Below, one piece after another: positions 44,458 to 57,757 of a stretch of 64,000 bases of DNA. Both the position numbers and the translations under genes were made by a program. Source of the stretch: Macrostomum lignano (lineage: Eukaryota); assembly GCA_002269645.1 (NCBI GenBank), contig NIVC01003313.1, positions 40,496 to 104,495 on the forward strand. The letters are read 5' to 3'. The notes below the pieces were generated by a model. That model saw nothing but the letters and a program-made list of their open reading frames with translations, had not been told where the DNA came from and did not search any database. Position 1 is the first letter of the stretch; the number at the start of each line of letters is the position of its first letter.

Positions 44458-44956
44458 GAGCCTTCACGATGGAGCCAGTAAGTACCATGGGAAAAATGGT
44501 ACTTACTGTTGCGATATCGTCAAGGCTCTCGGGCCCTAAAAAATAGTGCCCGGAAAAGCGTGCTTTATCTTCTATCATATTCAATATTATCAAAGAACTG
44601 TGTCTGTGTTTTTAGTATGAAACTATTAAATAAAACATCACTTCTATAGTGAGCCATGCGGCATCTGCTCACAAAGAGTCTTGGACCTTTGGCCCTTTAT
44701 AAAATAGCTTACTGAAAGTTCGTGTTTTGTATTCGAAATATATTCATGTAGCTCGTACTGGATCAACAGCAGAAACAAAACAAACTTCCTATCTAGAACG
44801 GACACAATTCATCAGCTGAAAATTAAAAAAAACATTTCTTAGTTCTGGGCTAAACAACTTAGGTTATTCCGAGCGTCCCACTCTAGAATGCTCGCTAACT
44901 CCACTTGACTTCACAACATTTGGTCATCGTGCTCAAGTCCTTGTCTGAAAAACTGT

Positions 44957-45980
44957 TCACGCACTCAGTTGAACAGCCGGTTGATAACGTCGGCGGTCAG
45001 GTAGAAGTTGGACACGGCCAGGCATCTTCACGGTGCCGTTTATTTTGGAGTACGAGCCAGTCAGAGCACGCCAGCCGATCTTCATGCAGAAGTTGTCGAT
45101 TTTCGTAGAGCTGTAGTTGTAGAGAGACACTTGGTTGTCGGAAATGAAAGATCCATCGACGAAAAGGCGGGTCCTGATCATCGGAATGTCGAACGTGGCG
45201 CCGACTCGGACGAACTGGTCGCTTCGGATTGGGAGCACCTGGTTAGTGGAAAACAAGTTCCGGTGTCCGGTTTGAATATAGAGCTTGCGAGTCGACTCGA
45301 GTGGGTCCCATTCCCAGAAATGAAGCCAAGCGTGAGTGTAAGAGCTGCAGTCGGTGAGCTCGATGAAGGCGTTCTAATTTGGCTGCTTTTTAAGCTCCAT
45401 AAGAAACGTGAAGCTGCTGTTGAAATCGAACCCGCTGGTATCGTTTACCCACATCCTGGATGTCAGGCCGTCCATCTTGGCGCCCTCGTCAGTCCAAGTC
45501 ACTCCGGTGTGCTGGACGACGTTCTTCTGTCCGCCATCGCTGCACACGAGGTTCTCGAGCTGCTCGCTCCTGCCTCGGAGCCACACGTCGGCAAAGTGCC
45601 GATTGGCGGTGAGCACGTCAAGCTCCGGAGTCCACCACGAGCTCGCACGAGTTGGCTTCATCTGACGGTCCGTCAGCGGGTCTGCTCAGGTTGAGCAGGT
45701 GGCAAACTCGGCTGAAGAGAAACAGCAAACAGGTGGCAGTTCGCGAGTTCGATTGGGTCACTGATATGCCTGGCAGATTTCGCAGGCGACCCAAAGGGAC
45801 GCATTTCAGAGTGGAGACGGCCGGACTGGGGAGGGTCCACTCGGACAGTAACTTGTTGAGGCAGGTGCGCTGCATGACCGGGTAGCGATTTCCGGAGTTG
45901 GCGGCAGCGGTAGAGGTGCAGAGCAGAATGGACGCAACAAAGAAAAGTAGAGCCATGAATCTCTTGGTTTGAAAATTCAC
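44957..45980 (-). pseudogene. Disrupted gene for a secreted PAN/apple-like plus LamG/ConA-like protein
   Basis: Signal peptide (FMALLFFVASILLCTSTAAA), a Cys-containing PAN-like stretch, then a LamG-like segment (VRVGATFD...TRLFVDG...IG). Needs a frameshift near 45650, an in-frame TAG at 45374-45376 and probably a frameshift near 45025. Domain calls are by eye. Confidence 0.5.
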
Positions 45981-48900
45981 TTTTCGTTCGGAAACTATAG
46001 GCTGTATTCGATAGACTTAGGATGCTGTTTCGCGAGGGTACCTATTGCACACAGCAGCTCAAGCTGACTAGTAGGTGGAGCGTTAAACTTTTTAGCCACA
46101 GAGAAATGGCAACTGAGAGATAGAGGGGGTTGTCTGCCATAAATGTATAAATGGCTTTGATGCATCCCCACTAGCCTATTTGACTCATCGTCATGATGAT
46201 ACCGGAGTCCGCAGCTGCTGCGACAAGAGACCAAGCGGCCAAAAGCCTGTGGAAGGGATGAGCCTGCAACCAGGAGGGGGAAGGCGAGAGACGACAATGA
46301 AGAGATGGACTGCGGAGTTGGCTGGCTGTCATAAATTTAAAGGCTTTGCCGCATCCCCACAAGCATTTAGTTGACTTTTATCGCCAGACGGCGTGACTCA
46401 GTGCCAAAATATGCATTTTTAGAACTGACGTCTGCACCTCCTGCCTTAAAGAAGGCAAAGGGTCTCGGGACTCGGGATTCCCCCAAAACACGGGCCAACG
46501 AATGTATATAGTAAACATCTTTACATGACTAGCTCACATGACAAGGGTAAACAGGCCACCATCTGTGACCTCAGAAATTTAGCGAACCAAGAGCAGATCA
46601 CAGCAGCGAGATGCAGCTGGGGCTGCAAACTATAAGAGAGCGCAGAGAAAAAATGGAGAGACAGGCGAACAGCCGCAAACAGCGAGTGCAAGGGCAAGCG
46701 AAACTGCTGACAATAGTGCGACGCCTAACACCAAACCTAGCGGCTCACTACACTTGACTCTTTTGATGTGAGTATTCAGTGGGCAGCGGCGGATGACTGG
46801 AAAAAAATCATGACGTAATGTTTTTTTCTTTTTTTAGAATTTCCCAACCTATTTTAACAGTTTTGAATCTTCTAGGTCTGGGCCTAGGGGTCTTGGCGGG
46901 CAAACCTGAAGTAGCTAGGTTTGAGGGGTTCTCATACGTACAGTTTGTCTTGAATTTTTTGCCATTGCCCCTTCCCTTTTCTCAAAAAAAACTTTTCTTC
47001 TTTGTTTGTTCAACCCTTTTTAATTGAATTCTTGGCGCAAAAACATCCATTTACATGTATTTAATTTATGTATTAAATTTCTTTTATTTCATCATGCCGG
47101 TGCTCATTAATTTTTTAAAAGGATTTTTCCGGTTTTCTAAAATATCAAGGACTAGTATCAACTTTGGTTTAAATACAATACACCTTATACCGACAATCCA
47201 AATTATTTTTAATCCGATTTTCTTGTCACCTATTTTATTATCGCACCTTCACGGACTTCGTTTCCATTTTTGTTTTTTTTTTGTTTTTGTTTTGCTTTTA
47301 TTTACCGCAAATATTGAAACTCGCGCAAATTCAATTTTGATAACTTCGTAGAAAATATCGGGAGCTTGGTTCCTTGGCGCATTTCTGCAGATAAGTTTCT
47401 ATTTCCATAGAAAAAAATTCTATTTAATGACCATAAGTCGTTAGATGGTTTTTAAGGCCTTCAAACAGTATATTTACATATATACAATAATCGCCAAATA
47501 TTATGAGCAATCCTTATACTCGATATTTTTCATTGACAGATTAATGCATACAATCTATTGCATTTTGGATGAACCGTTGTTTGCATCAAAGCCATACGGT
47601 GCCTGTTTTTAGTCCATCCGTAAAAACCAAAAAAAACCCTATGCGCTCTTTCAAATTTTATATTTTATACAATTTTGTTGTCATCTAGGCCTAATTAATA
47701 TCTATATAATTTACTTTTATAACGTAAGGACTAAGCTGTTTTGTGCAATACCGCCAACTACATACATAAATTTCACGCAATACTTTTTTTAACTCCTTGC
47801 TTTTTCTTTCGCTTCGTTAGTCGTCCAAGTTTTGTTAATAACATTTCCGCATTTGTTCAAATACCATATTGCAAAACTCGTACTAATTGTAATTAAATAA
47901 CTAATGCTAAAATATTGTCTCCTATTCCTGAAGTAATCTTAAATACACAGAAATATATTGGCCAAACAGGCTTCTTGCCTGAGCCAACTTACTACTACTA
48001 CTACTACTACTACTACTAATATCGTTTAAATGTACATTGTGCAACAAATAGATTTATCAGTAAACAAAATATAGTACTAACCAAACATGCCGTTCAACCT
48101 AAGCCACTTTATTATTACTACTACTACTACCGACTGAAATCACTTAGGTCGGGAAAAACTAATGGTATATTGACTGTATAGAAGCAAAATAATAAATCAT
48201 TTTGACTTCATGGTTATGTGGTTATGACTTTCACGATGTGTTAATGTACAAAAATATTTTATCATATCTATGATCATTTATTGATCCATGGGACATAGAT
48301 GTATGGATGTCCCATGCCCATGGATACATCATAGGACATATATGGATGTCCTATAGACATAAATACCTATCTATGTTAAAATATTAAAAAACTTTGTTTC
48401 TTCATTGTAGAAAATTTAGATAAATATAAAATATGGACATATGGACAAATGATCAATGCAAATGCTTAGGAAGCTTTATATACTAGGTGAGGTAACCTAT
48501 TAGGCTATTACTATGCCATATAACTTTGTTTTTATGACTTGCCAACATTTGAAACACTTGTAGTTGTATATGTCTTAATTGGACTATATTTTAATAAATT
48601 AGTTTTTGTTTTAAAATTCAATGTTAAATAATTTAATATAAAAAACTAGAATATTGCCAGTTTTTGCATTTTTGCATATATAATAACCTATTATGCTAGT
48701 TTTAGAACTTACCATTTTTGTTCTATTTTAAAAATAAGCCCATGTAAAAGCCTAGGCTAGTCTAATTTTTTATCAATGTAAAATTTTCTTGTATTAAGCC
48801 TTTTCTATAAAAAAAGGTAATATCTAGTCTATTACAAGGAATGTCCAAAAAGTTCCTAGAATGTCTACTCTAGCTTCTTTGTACCTTTCCTAAATTTTAT

Positions 48901-50064
48901 GTTTTATGTATCAAACTAAAGAAAATCTGCAACAAAAAATTTATTATTTGAATTTTCTTTTATCTAGTTCTAGTTAAGAGTTATACCAGGGAATATGAGG
49001 GGAAGGTCAATACTAGTGTTAAATAATCTCAAATGTCTGTGGTGTTCTTTTTCAATCATCAATTTTTTTGCAAAAATTAACTTTGAATTTATCAGAATGA
49101 CACAGAAACATGTATAGATAAAACCAGTAAAGTAAGATCTAGTGCTTGATTATTCTATACCAAATGCTTACTTTACTTTTGGCTAAAGACATAAAAAGGG
49201 GTTCTCTTCATAGCCTTGAAAGTCTATGGAATCAATTTTTTGCCTTTAAGTTTTTACCTCAAAACAAAAGGCCATTTTTGTTGCAATCTACAAAAAGTAA
49301 GCTTTTTTGGTAATTATACTTGCTAGATAAAATTTGAGTATGATTGAAAGAAAAGTTTGTAAACCCTGATTGGAGTTTTACAAAAAATCAATCAAATTTC
49401 TTTTATAAAAGTCCAAATTCATAGAATTATAAACTTGGTCATATAAAAAAATATTAGTTGTTAATGTCCATCTTAGCATAAAAAAGCTGAAAGCTTAAGC
49501 AGGATTGGCTATTATAGGAAGATAATAACTCAAAGGATACTAGCAAACTCCATATAGGCATGGTTTAAAAATAAAAAAGACAAAGCTAATCGACTAGCCA
49601 AATGCCAAATCATCTAAACATTATCAGAAATCCTTTTTGGTTCAATCTAAGAAAGCTATTAATTTCCAAAGACCTCAATATATAGATTAATTGGAATGAT
49701 TCTATATTGGAGATTAGGAAAAGATTTTTTTATAGTGATGCAGTTGGCTGATTGACAGTTACATATATTGACTATAAGCAATTATTGCTACTAAGGGTAG
49801 TTGCAAAGTTAGTTGTTGGTATTTGAAAAAGGTTCATTAACTTTTTTATTGAAGTTTATTTTGTTTTTGGCTAATTGTGTGACCTAAACTGGGAGTAGTA
49901 TAAAAATATATTTTAAAGTATTTTTATTTTTGAAAAGACCTAAATATACTCATAAAAGAAAAAAATATTTAAAGCATGTATCTAAATTTTAATTTCTGAG
50001 ATCTGTAGAAATATTAATTTCACTTTTAACTACAAAGCAAACCATTTAATTAATTGCTATCACC

Positions 50065-53000
50065 ATGGCAATGGCCCCTGGCCTTGGACAGCAGGGTCTT
50101 GTCAGCAGAGTTGAAATAAGTGTGGCCTGTCGCAAACTGGCTGACATGGACTTGACCTCCAAATCTGACCCAATGTGTGTCCTAATGATGTGCCCACCTG
50201 GCACCAGAAACTACAGGGAACAGGACCGAACAGAAATGCTCAAGGATACATTGAATCCAGATTTTCAGCACAAATTTGTTGTTGACTTTCACTTTGAGGA
50301 GCATCAGAAGGTTAGCATTGAGTTTTGCTTTTTGTTTGTGCAGCTCTCTATCCAATCATCTCATTGTAGAATCCCATTGTCTCATTGTAGAATCTCATTG
50401 TCTCAGGGTAGAATCCCATTGTCTCATTGTAGAATCCCATTGTCTCATTGTATAATCTCATTGTCTCATTGTAGAATCCCATTGTCTCAGGGTAGAATCC
50501 CATTGTCTCATTGTAGAATCCCATTGTCTCATTGTATAATCTCATTGTCTCATTGTAGAATCCCATTGTCTCATTGTAGAATATCATTGTCTCAGGGTAG
50601 AATCCCATTGTCTCATTGTAGAATCCCATTGTCTCATTGTATAATCTCATTGTCTCATTGTAGAATCCCATTGTCTCATTGTAGAATCTCATTGTCTCAG
50701 GGTAGAATCCCATTGTCTCATTGTAGAATCCCATTGTCTCATTGTATAATCTCATTGTCTCATTGTAGAATCCCATTGTCTCATTGTAGAATCTCATTGT
50801 CTCAGGGTAGAATCCCATTGTCTCATTGTAGAATCTCATTGTCTCATTGTAGAATCCCATTGTCTCATTGTAGAATCCCATTGTCTCATTGTAGAATCCC
50901 ATTGTCTCATTGTAGAATCCCATTGTCTCAGGGTAGAATCCCATTGTCTCATTGTAGAATCCCATTGTCTCATTGTAGAATCCCATAGTGTAATTGTCGA
51001 ATCCCATTGTCTCATTGTAGAATCTCATTGTCTCATTGTATAATCCCATTGTCTCATTGTAGAATCCCATAGTGTAATTGTCGAATCCCATTGTCTCATT
51101 GTAGAATCTCATTGTCTCATTGTATAATCCCATTGTCTCATTGTATAATCCCATTGTCTCATTGTAGAATCCCATTGTCTCATTGTAGAATCCCATTGTC
51201 TCATTGTATAATCCCATTGTCTCATTGTAGAATCCCATTGTCTCATTGTAGAATCCCATTTTTAATTGTAGAATCCTATAGTCCAATCATGCACACCCCC
51301 TAGAATTCGCATCCATTCCCGCCTACCACATCGCAGGTAATGTTCTGCCTATACGACATCGATTCTCACAGCACTCAACTAAGCGATCACGACTTTCTTG
51401 GTCAATTTGAATCCACAATTGGCGAACTTGTCAGTCGGAGGCGAGTGGAAGCTCCGCTGGCAAAGTCGCCGAAACGAGATTCGACAATAATTATTACTTG
51501 CATAGAACTGCAGCATTGCAAAGAGATATTGCAAATGCAATTGTGCGGCAGCCAGTTGGATAAGAAAGATTTTCTAGGAAAATCTGATCCATATTTTGAA
51601 GTGTCGAAACCGTTAAGCCCAGTCGTTGATTCCAGTTCATCTGAATTACTCAGAGCGCAATGGACTTTAGTATACAGGTGAGTATTGATTATGATTAAAC
51701 ACGCTTTCTCCTAATGTGTCAAGCTATGGGGAATAGTCATAAGCGAATTCAGCTGCATTCAGTCACGCGTGGGAAGTCTTTAAATGGGCCTGAAAATCAT
51801 GCAAGAGTGGCGTGATTCAAGGCCAAAGGCCTAATAAAGAAATAAGGTTGTTTTGGCATCCACGAGGCGCGTGATTCAGTTGCGGGCTTTTTTCTGTGCT
51901 AAAAATAAAAGCAGATGGTGAGTCATTCGCATGCGCGTTACTCTTCAAAACAGGGAATAACATAGTTGCTTTTCTTAGAAATCACTTAAAGAGAATTCCT
52001 ATTCTGTTTTCAATGGCGCTTTGTCCTATTTTCGATCTTTTATTATCACTGAGAAGGTCAATTCGATGCTATTTTTAGAAATTGGCGTCATCGGGATTTC
52101 CAATTTGCTAATTTTATCTAACCTCGCTTCCAGAGAATTCCGTGCTATTTTTAGAAACTGGCGTCACCAAGGCTTTCCAGATCTCTAATTTTATCTAACC
52201 TCGCTTCCAGAGAATTCCGTGCTATTTTTAGAAACTGGCGTCACCAAGGCTTTCCAGATCTCTAATTTTATCTAACCTCGCTTCCAGAGAATTCCGTGCT
52301 ATTTTTAGAAATTGACGTCACCAGAGATTTTCAAATTCGCTAATTTTATCTAACCTCGCTTTTCGCTTCCAGAGAATTTCGTTCTATTTTTAGAAACTGA
52401 CGTCACCAGAGATTTTCAAATTCGCTAATTTTATCTAACCTCGCTTGTCGCTTCCAGAGAATTTCGTGCTATTTTTAGAAACTGACGTCACCAGAGATTT
52501 TCAAATTCGCTAATTTTATCTAACCTCGCTTGTCGCTTCCAGAGAATTTCGTGCTATTTTTAGAAACTGACGTCACCAGAGATTTTCAAATTCGCTAATT
52601 TTATCTAACCTCGCTTCCAGAGAATTCCGTGCTAATTTTAGATACAATCTTTGCTGGGGAATGCCAATATGCTAATTTTGGCTACTTCGCTTCCAGGGAA
52701 TTCCATACTATTTTAGAAACTTACGTCACCGATAATTCCCAATTTATGTTTAGCTACAATAATGCAGTTTGTTAAAGTAGTGTGGTAAGTGTTTAGTAAT
52801 TTTTTCAATTTAAATTCCTCGACAGATCGGCGGTGGTTCGGAAAAACCTGAACCCAACTTGGCAGCCCACCCAGCTCAAGCTATCCCAGATGTGCAACGG
52901 CAATAAGAGCCTTATACTACGCTGGGACTGCATCGATTGGAACAAGCGAATGAAGCACTCGCATATTGGCACTTTCTACGCTTCCGTTGCGGACATTCTG

Positions 53001-55510
53001 CGTGAATATGAAAATTCCAACTCGAGAGTGAGTCTGTCAGATTTCTATTCGTTTTTATTGAAAGTCCTTTCACTCAGAATTTAACCTATAATTTCCCACT
53101 GAAATCCACAGTCTTTCGAATGTTTTCAGTTCCAGCTTTAACTTCACATTTATCCTCAATCACGCCATTTATCCCCAATCTGAAATGCTCATTTATCCCC
53201 AATCTGAAATGCTCATTTATCCCCAATCTGAAATCCCCATATCATCCGAGATCTAAAGTCCCCAATTTCCCCCAATCTGAAATCCTCATTTATCCCCAAT
53301 CTGAACTCTCCAGTTTATTCCCAATCTGCGATCCCCTATTTTATCCCAGATCTGAAGTCCCCAATTTCCCCCAATCTGAAATCGCCATTTTATCTTTAAT
53401 CTGACATCCCAATTTATCCCCAATCTGAAATCCCTATTTATCCTCAATCTGTAATCCCACTGTATCCCCAATCTAAAATCCCCATTTATTCTTAATCTGA
53501 AATCCCCATTTATCCCTAATCTGTAATCCCCATTTATCCCCAATCTGAAATCCTTGACCTTATTTATCTTTATATACTGACTCCTCATTTTTACAAAACT
53601 CAAATCCCATCCATCCTTATCCCAATCCCTTATCTGATGAAGCAATTAATAGCGATAAACTCTAGCGTCCGCTATTTTCCAGGGCGCCACCTCAGGCGCT
53701 GGCGCCAGATTCCAGCTGCTCTCACGTCGCAAAAAGCCAGCCGGTTATTTAGTGTTCAACCGCTTGGAGCTCCTCATTGAGGACAGCTTTGTTGATTACA
53801 TTCAAGGCGGCTGCGAGCTTCTGTTCACTGTTGGCATCGATTTCACAGCCTCGAATGGTAATCCTGCAACGCCGCAGTCTCTGCACTACATCGATCCGAG
53901 CGGCCGGCTGAACCAATATGAGTTGGCAATCACTTCTGTTGGAGAAATTGTGCAAGACTACGACTTCAGGCGGGCGTTTCCGTCTTTCGGATTTGGTGCT
54001 AGAGTTCCGCCTAGAGGCGACGTGAACCACTGCTTTCCGCTCACGTTTAACGATTCGAACCCCTACTGTGCGGGGCTGGCTGGACTTCTGCAGGCCTACA
54101 GGTTGGGCGAATCTTTTTTAGCGGTTGCTGAGCAATTTCTATCGAAATGTATCTAGATTTAGACCCTTTTTATAGTATATGGGTTCTAAAAGTCATTGAG
54201 AGACTTCCTACGAGATCCTTTAGCTGGTTGCTAAGGCGACAAGGCCCTTCTACCAAATCACTTAATGGGTTGCTAAGGCCCTTCTACCAGATCCTTTCAG
54301 TAGTTGCTAAGGCCCTTCTATCAGATCCTTTCAGTAGTTGCTAAGGCCCTTCTACCAGATCCTTTCAGTAGTTGCTAAGGCCCTTCCACCAGATCCTTCA
54401 GCTGGTTGCTAAGGCCCTTCCACCAGATCCTTCAGCTGGTTGCTAAGGCCTTTCTACCAGATCCTTCAGCTGGTTGCTAAGGCCCTTCCACCAGATCCTT
54501 CAGCTGGTTGCTAAGGGCCTTCCACCAGATCCTTCAGCTGGTTGCTTAGGCCCGTCTACCAGATCCTTCAGCTGGTTGCTAAGGCCCTTCCACCAGATCC
54601 TTCAGCTGGTTGCTAAGGCCCTTCTACCAGATCCTTCAGCTATTTGCTAAGGCCCTTCCACCAGATCCTTCAGCTGGTTGCTAAGGCCCTTCCACCAGAT
54701 CCTTCAGCTGGTTGCTAAGGCCTTTCCACCAGATCCTTCAGCTGGTTGCTAAGGCCTTTCCACCAGATCCTTCAGCTGGTTGCTAAGGCTCTTCTACCAG
54801 ATAATTAAATGATGTTAAACCCATTTCTACCAGCTGCTTTAACGCAGGTTGTTGCAAAAGCTATTTTCTTTCTTAAACTTAACATGCGATTTTGATAATA
54901 AATGTTTATCAACATAACCATAAATAAAATAATTGACAGGTCGTGCCTTCGCTCCGTCACCCTGTACGGCCCCACGAATTTCTCTCCGATAATCCGTCAC
55001 GTGATGCAGTTGGCCCAGGCCAACCAGTCTGGCAAGCAATACTTTGTACTATTGATAATCACGGACGGTATAATCACGGATTTCTACGAGACTAAATTAA
55101 GCATTATCGAAGCCAGCCGACTGCCAATGTCAATCATCATAGTTGGCGTCGGTCGTGAAGACTTCGGCGCCATGGAAGAATTAGACGCTGATAATAAGCG
55201 TCTACAGATTGGCGGCATGATTGCCGAAGCTGACATTGTACAGTTTGTACCGCTTAGAGACTTTTTCCGGGCTGATAATCCTAACGAATTGTCGAAGTCG
55301 GCGTTGACTAAAGCTGTGCTGGAAGAGCTTCCGGACCAGCTCTGCCAGTGGATGAGAAAGCGCGGCATCAAAGCTGGACCACCTGTGGAGCGGTTGCAGC
55401 CAGTGCTGCAGCAGCCGCAGCAGCAGCTGGTTGGCCCGCCAGCATTCGACCCTATGCTAGCGGCGCCAATGCTGAATGCTAGCGCTCCGCCGCCTTACTA
55501 TGGTCCGTAG
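50065..55510 (+). CDS. CPNE: Copine (C2A-C2B-vWA), 592 aa. Exons 50065-50310, 51337-51677, 52826-53027, 53683-54101, 54940-55510
   Basis: C2 motifs (L.D.D..SKSDP; [13 protein letters not shown]) and vWA motifs ([55 protein letters not shown]). All four introns are GT-AG with matching phases. Confidence 0.96.
50360..51258. repeat. 21-bp minisatellite, copine intron 1
   Basis: Unit CATTGTAGAATCCCATTGTCT. Confidence 0.95.
52065..52740. repeat. 77-84-bp minisatellite, copine intron 2
   Basis: Unit GTGCTATTTTTAGAAACTG(G/A)CGTCACCA...TAATTTTATCTAACCTCGCTTCCAGAGAATTCC. Confidence 0.9.
53165..53555. repeat. Degenerate ~22-24-bp minisatellite, copine intron 3
   Basis: Recurrent TTTATCCCCAATCTGAAATCCC. 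Confidence 0.85.
54215..54802. repeat. 34-bp minisatellite, copine intron 4
   Basis: Unit GTTGCTAAGGCCCTTCCACCAGATCCTTCAGCTG. Confidence 0.95.
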
Positions 55511-55543
55511 TTTATCAACACCAACTTGATTTTATTGTATTTA

Positions 55544-56163
55544 TACTCAGCAACAGTCAAAAGTTCCACCCTCCAAATTGCGAAAACTTCACACTCACAA
55601 TTCAATCCTCAAGTTACGCAACTAAGCCGCCGCGAGGAAGGGAAAGTTGATTGAATATCGCACAAAATCATAAATTTTGATTTTGTGCGATTTCAGTTAG
55701 AATCGCGATGCGTGTGGGATCCCCTCGCACGCAGAAGTTGCGACGACTCTGCGGGGCATCTCAAGGATGAGGCAGCGCAGAAAGTCCCGAGGGAGCTGCT
55801 CGAAAGCGTTTTCAATGGCATGACGCAGAGCTCTCCGCAACATTCTATGGTGGATTCTCTTTTCGAATGCTACGTTTTAGGATGTCCCAGGCATGCTCGA
55901 TGGATCCATGTCTGGGGACCGGGAAGGCCAGCGCAGAGTGCGCAGCTGTAGCTGTTCCTTCAGTTGACTAACGGCATCGGCTTGGTGTGGCGGGGCGTTG
56001 TTCCTGGGCTTGGGTCTGCTTAATGTCCAGGCCTGGACCATTAAGCAGACCCAAGCCACCCCAAGCGGCAATAAGCTTTGCGCGTGCCGTAGGTTGCGTC
56101 ACTCGCAATAAGTGAAAAAATCATCTCGCTTAGTGGAGTGGAACTTTTGACTGTTGCTGAGTA
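55544..56163 (-). mobile_element. Non-autonomous Tc1/mariner derivative, 620 bp
   Basis: Perfect 26-bp TIRs TACTCAGCAACAGTCAAAAGTTCCAC flanked by TA on both sides. The internal minus-strand WPSRSPDMDP matches the Tc1 WPxxSPDLNP motif. Confidence 0.9.
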
Positions 56164-57219
56164 TACTTTGTCGCGTTGAAGATTAACTTTAAACTTTGAA
56201 GTTTTATTGGATGTGCTTCGACTAGCCCCCCCCCCCCAAGAGAGTACGTCTGATGATTAGACAGTCAGGACCGCTGTGTGTATATCGCGACTTTCCTAGC
56301 CATTTCTTTAGTTCATCTTCACTTGTCTAGCTCTGTTTACTCTGTTTTCGCTCTCTCTGTCTCGTTCAATCTTGTTATTCTTCTTATCTCTCTCTCCCTC
56401 GCCGCCTTCTGATTGGCTCTCCGTTCTCGCCTCTCTCTCCAGTCGCGCACTCCACCCCTCTCTTTATTACCAGCATTCAACCACCTAAGACCTAAGTTAA
56501 AGTGCTATAAATACGTCGGTTTTGGCCCTGCGCCCACTTTCTTCTCCTCTGTCTCTGCAATTTAAACACAGTTTATTTGATACTATTATTTTCTTTTCAG
56601 TGTACACCCCGTGTGAGCGTGTGTATGAGTGCTATCAAAGTATTAACAATTCTTAATCAACTTAGCATTCTGTTAGCATTGGCGTTTCAATTATGAGCAT
56701 TAATAATTATATTTTCATTAAATTTTTCTTGTGCTATCAAGCATGCCACCTATGATTAATCTGAATGTGTCAATTAAATTAAATATGAAAACGTATTGTT
56801 TATTTGTTTGTTTCGATCTCATCTTCTATCGGTTTAGGAGTTTTATAAAAAACTATTTTCCTTATGCTCGTACATTTACTTTCTGTTTGAGTGAATTTTT
56901 TAAACTCATTTTCTTACCTTATCTGCTGATTGTCAGGATGCTATTTTTAAAAACTTGCTGATGTATCCTAGCTAATCTGCACTATATATTTATACAGTAA
57001 ATAGTATTTTTTTCTAACTTTATTTATACTTTTTTAGCCTATTCTTAAACTATACCAATCAAATATATGCCGGGCAAAATGATCTGTGTTATAACTGAGT
57101 ACCCGAACTTTCCTACATCATGTACTTTTATTTTGCATTAACTGTGCATTAATTGTTTTATCTATCTGAACATGTTTAACAACTTTTAATTAGTCTAGCA
57201 ATTTTAATTCTCCATTAAA

Positions 57220-57670
57220 AAGATCCCATCATCAACTATAAGATTCCCATCTTCAACTAAATTATTCCCATCCTCAACTAAATTATTCCCATCCTCAACT
57301 AAAAGATTCCCATTCTCAACTAAAAGATCCCAATCTCCACTAAAATATTCCCATCCTCAACTAAAAGATCCCCATCCTCAACTAAAAAATCCTAATCTCC
57401 ACCAAAAGATTCCCAACCTCAACTAAAAAATCCTAATCTCCAATAAAATATCCCCATCCTCCACTAAAAGATCCCTATGCTCAACTGAAAGATTCCCATC
57501 CTCAACTAAAAGATTCTCATCCTCAACTAAAAGATTCTCATCCTCAACTAAAAGATTCCCACCCTCGACTAAAAGATTCCCACACTCAACTAAAAGATTC
57601 CCATCCTCAACTAAAGATTCCCATCATCCACCTAAAAATGCCTAATCCCTAATAAAAGTTCCCCATCCAT
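57220..57670. repeat. Degenerate 21-bp minisatellite upstream of the VPS25 CDS
   Basis: Unit AACTAAAAGATTCCCATCCTC. Confidence 0.88.
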
Positions 57671-57757
57671 AAAAGCAGGTTTTGCACAGGCCACAATGAA
57701 TTATTTACCCGCTATCTGTGTTAGCCACACCAGCAACAATAAACCCCGCAGACAACA

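Noticed and set aside
27270-56230. CTGATGA hammerhead cores (about 27285, 28340, 29632, 44810, 53636, 56210)
   Set aside because: None is followed by stem II directly abutting GAAA plus a stem III/NUH site.
56600-56624. TGTACACCCCGTGTGAGCGTGTG resembling part of the SINE body (about 8086-8108)
   Set aside because: Only about 23 nt of low-complexity similarity with no flanking homology.
56211-56649. Possible solo LTR (TG...CA, CCAAT and TATA-like motifs)
   Set aside because: No target-site duplication, second copy, PBS or PPT visible.
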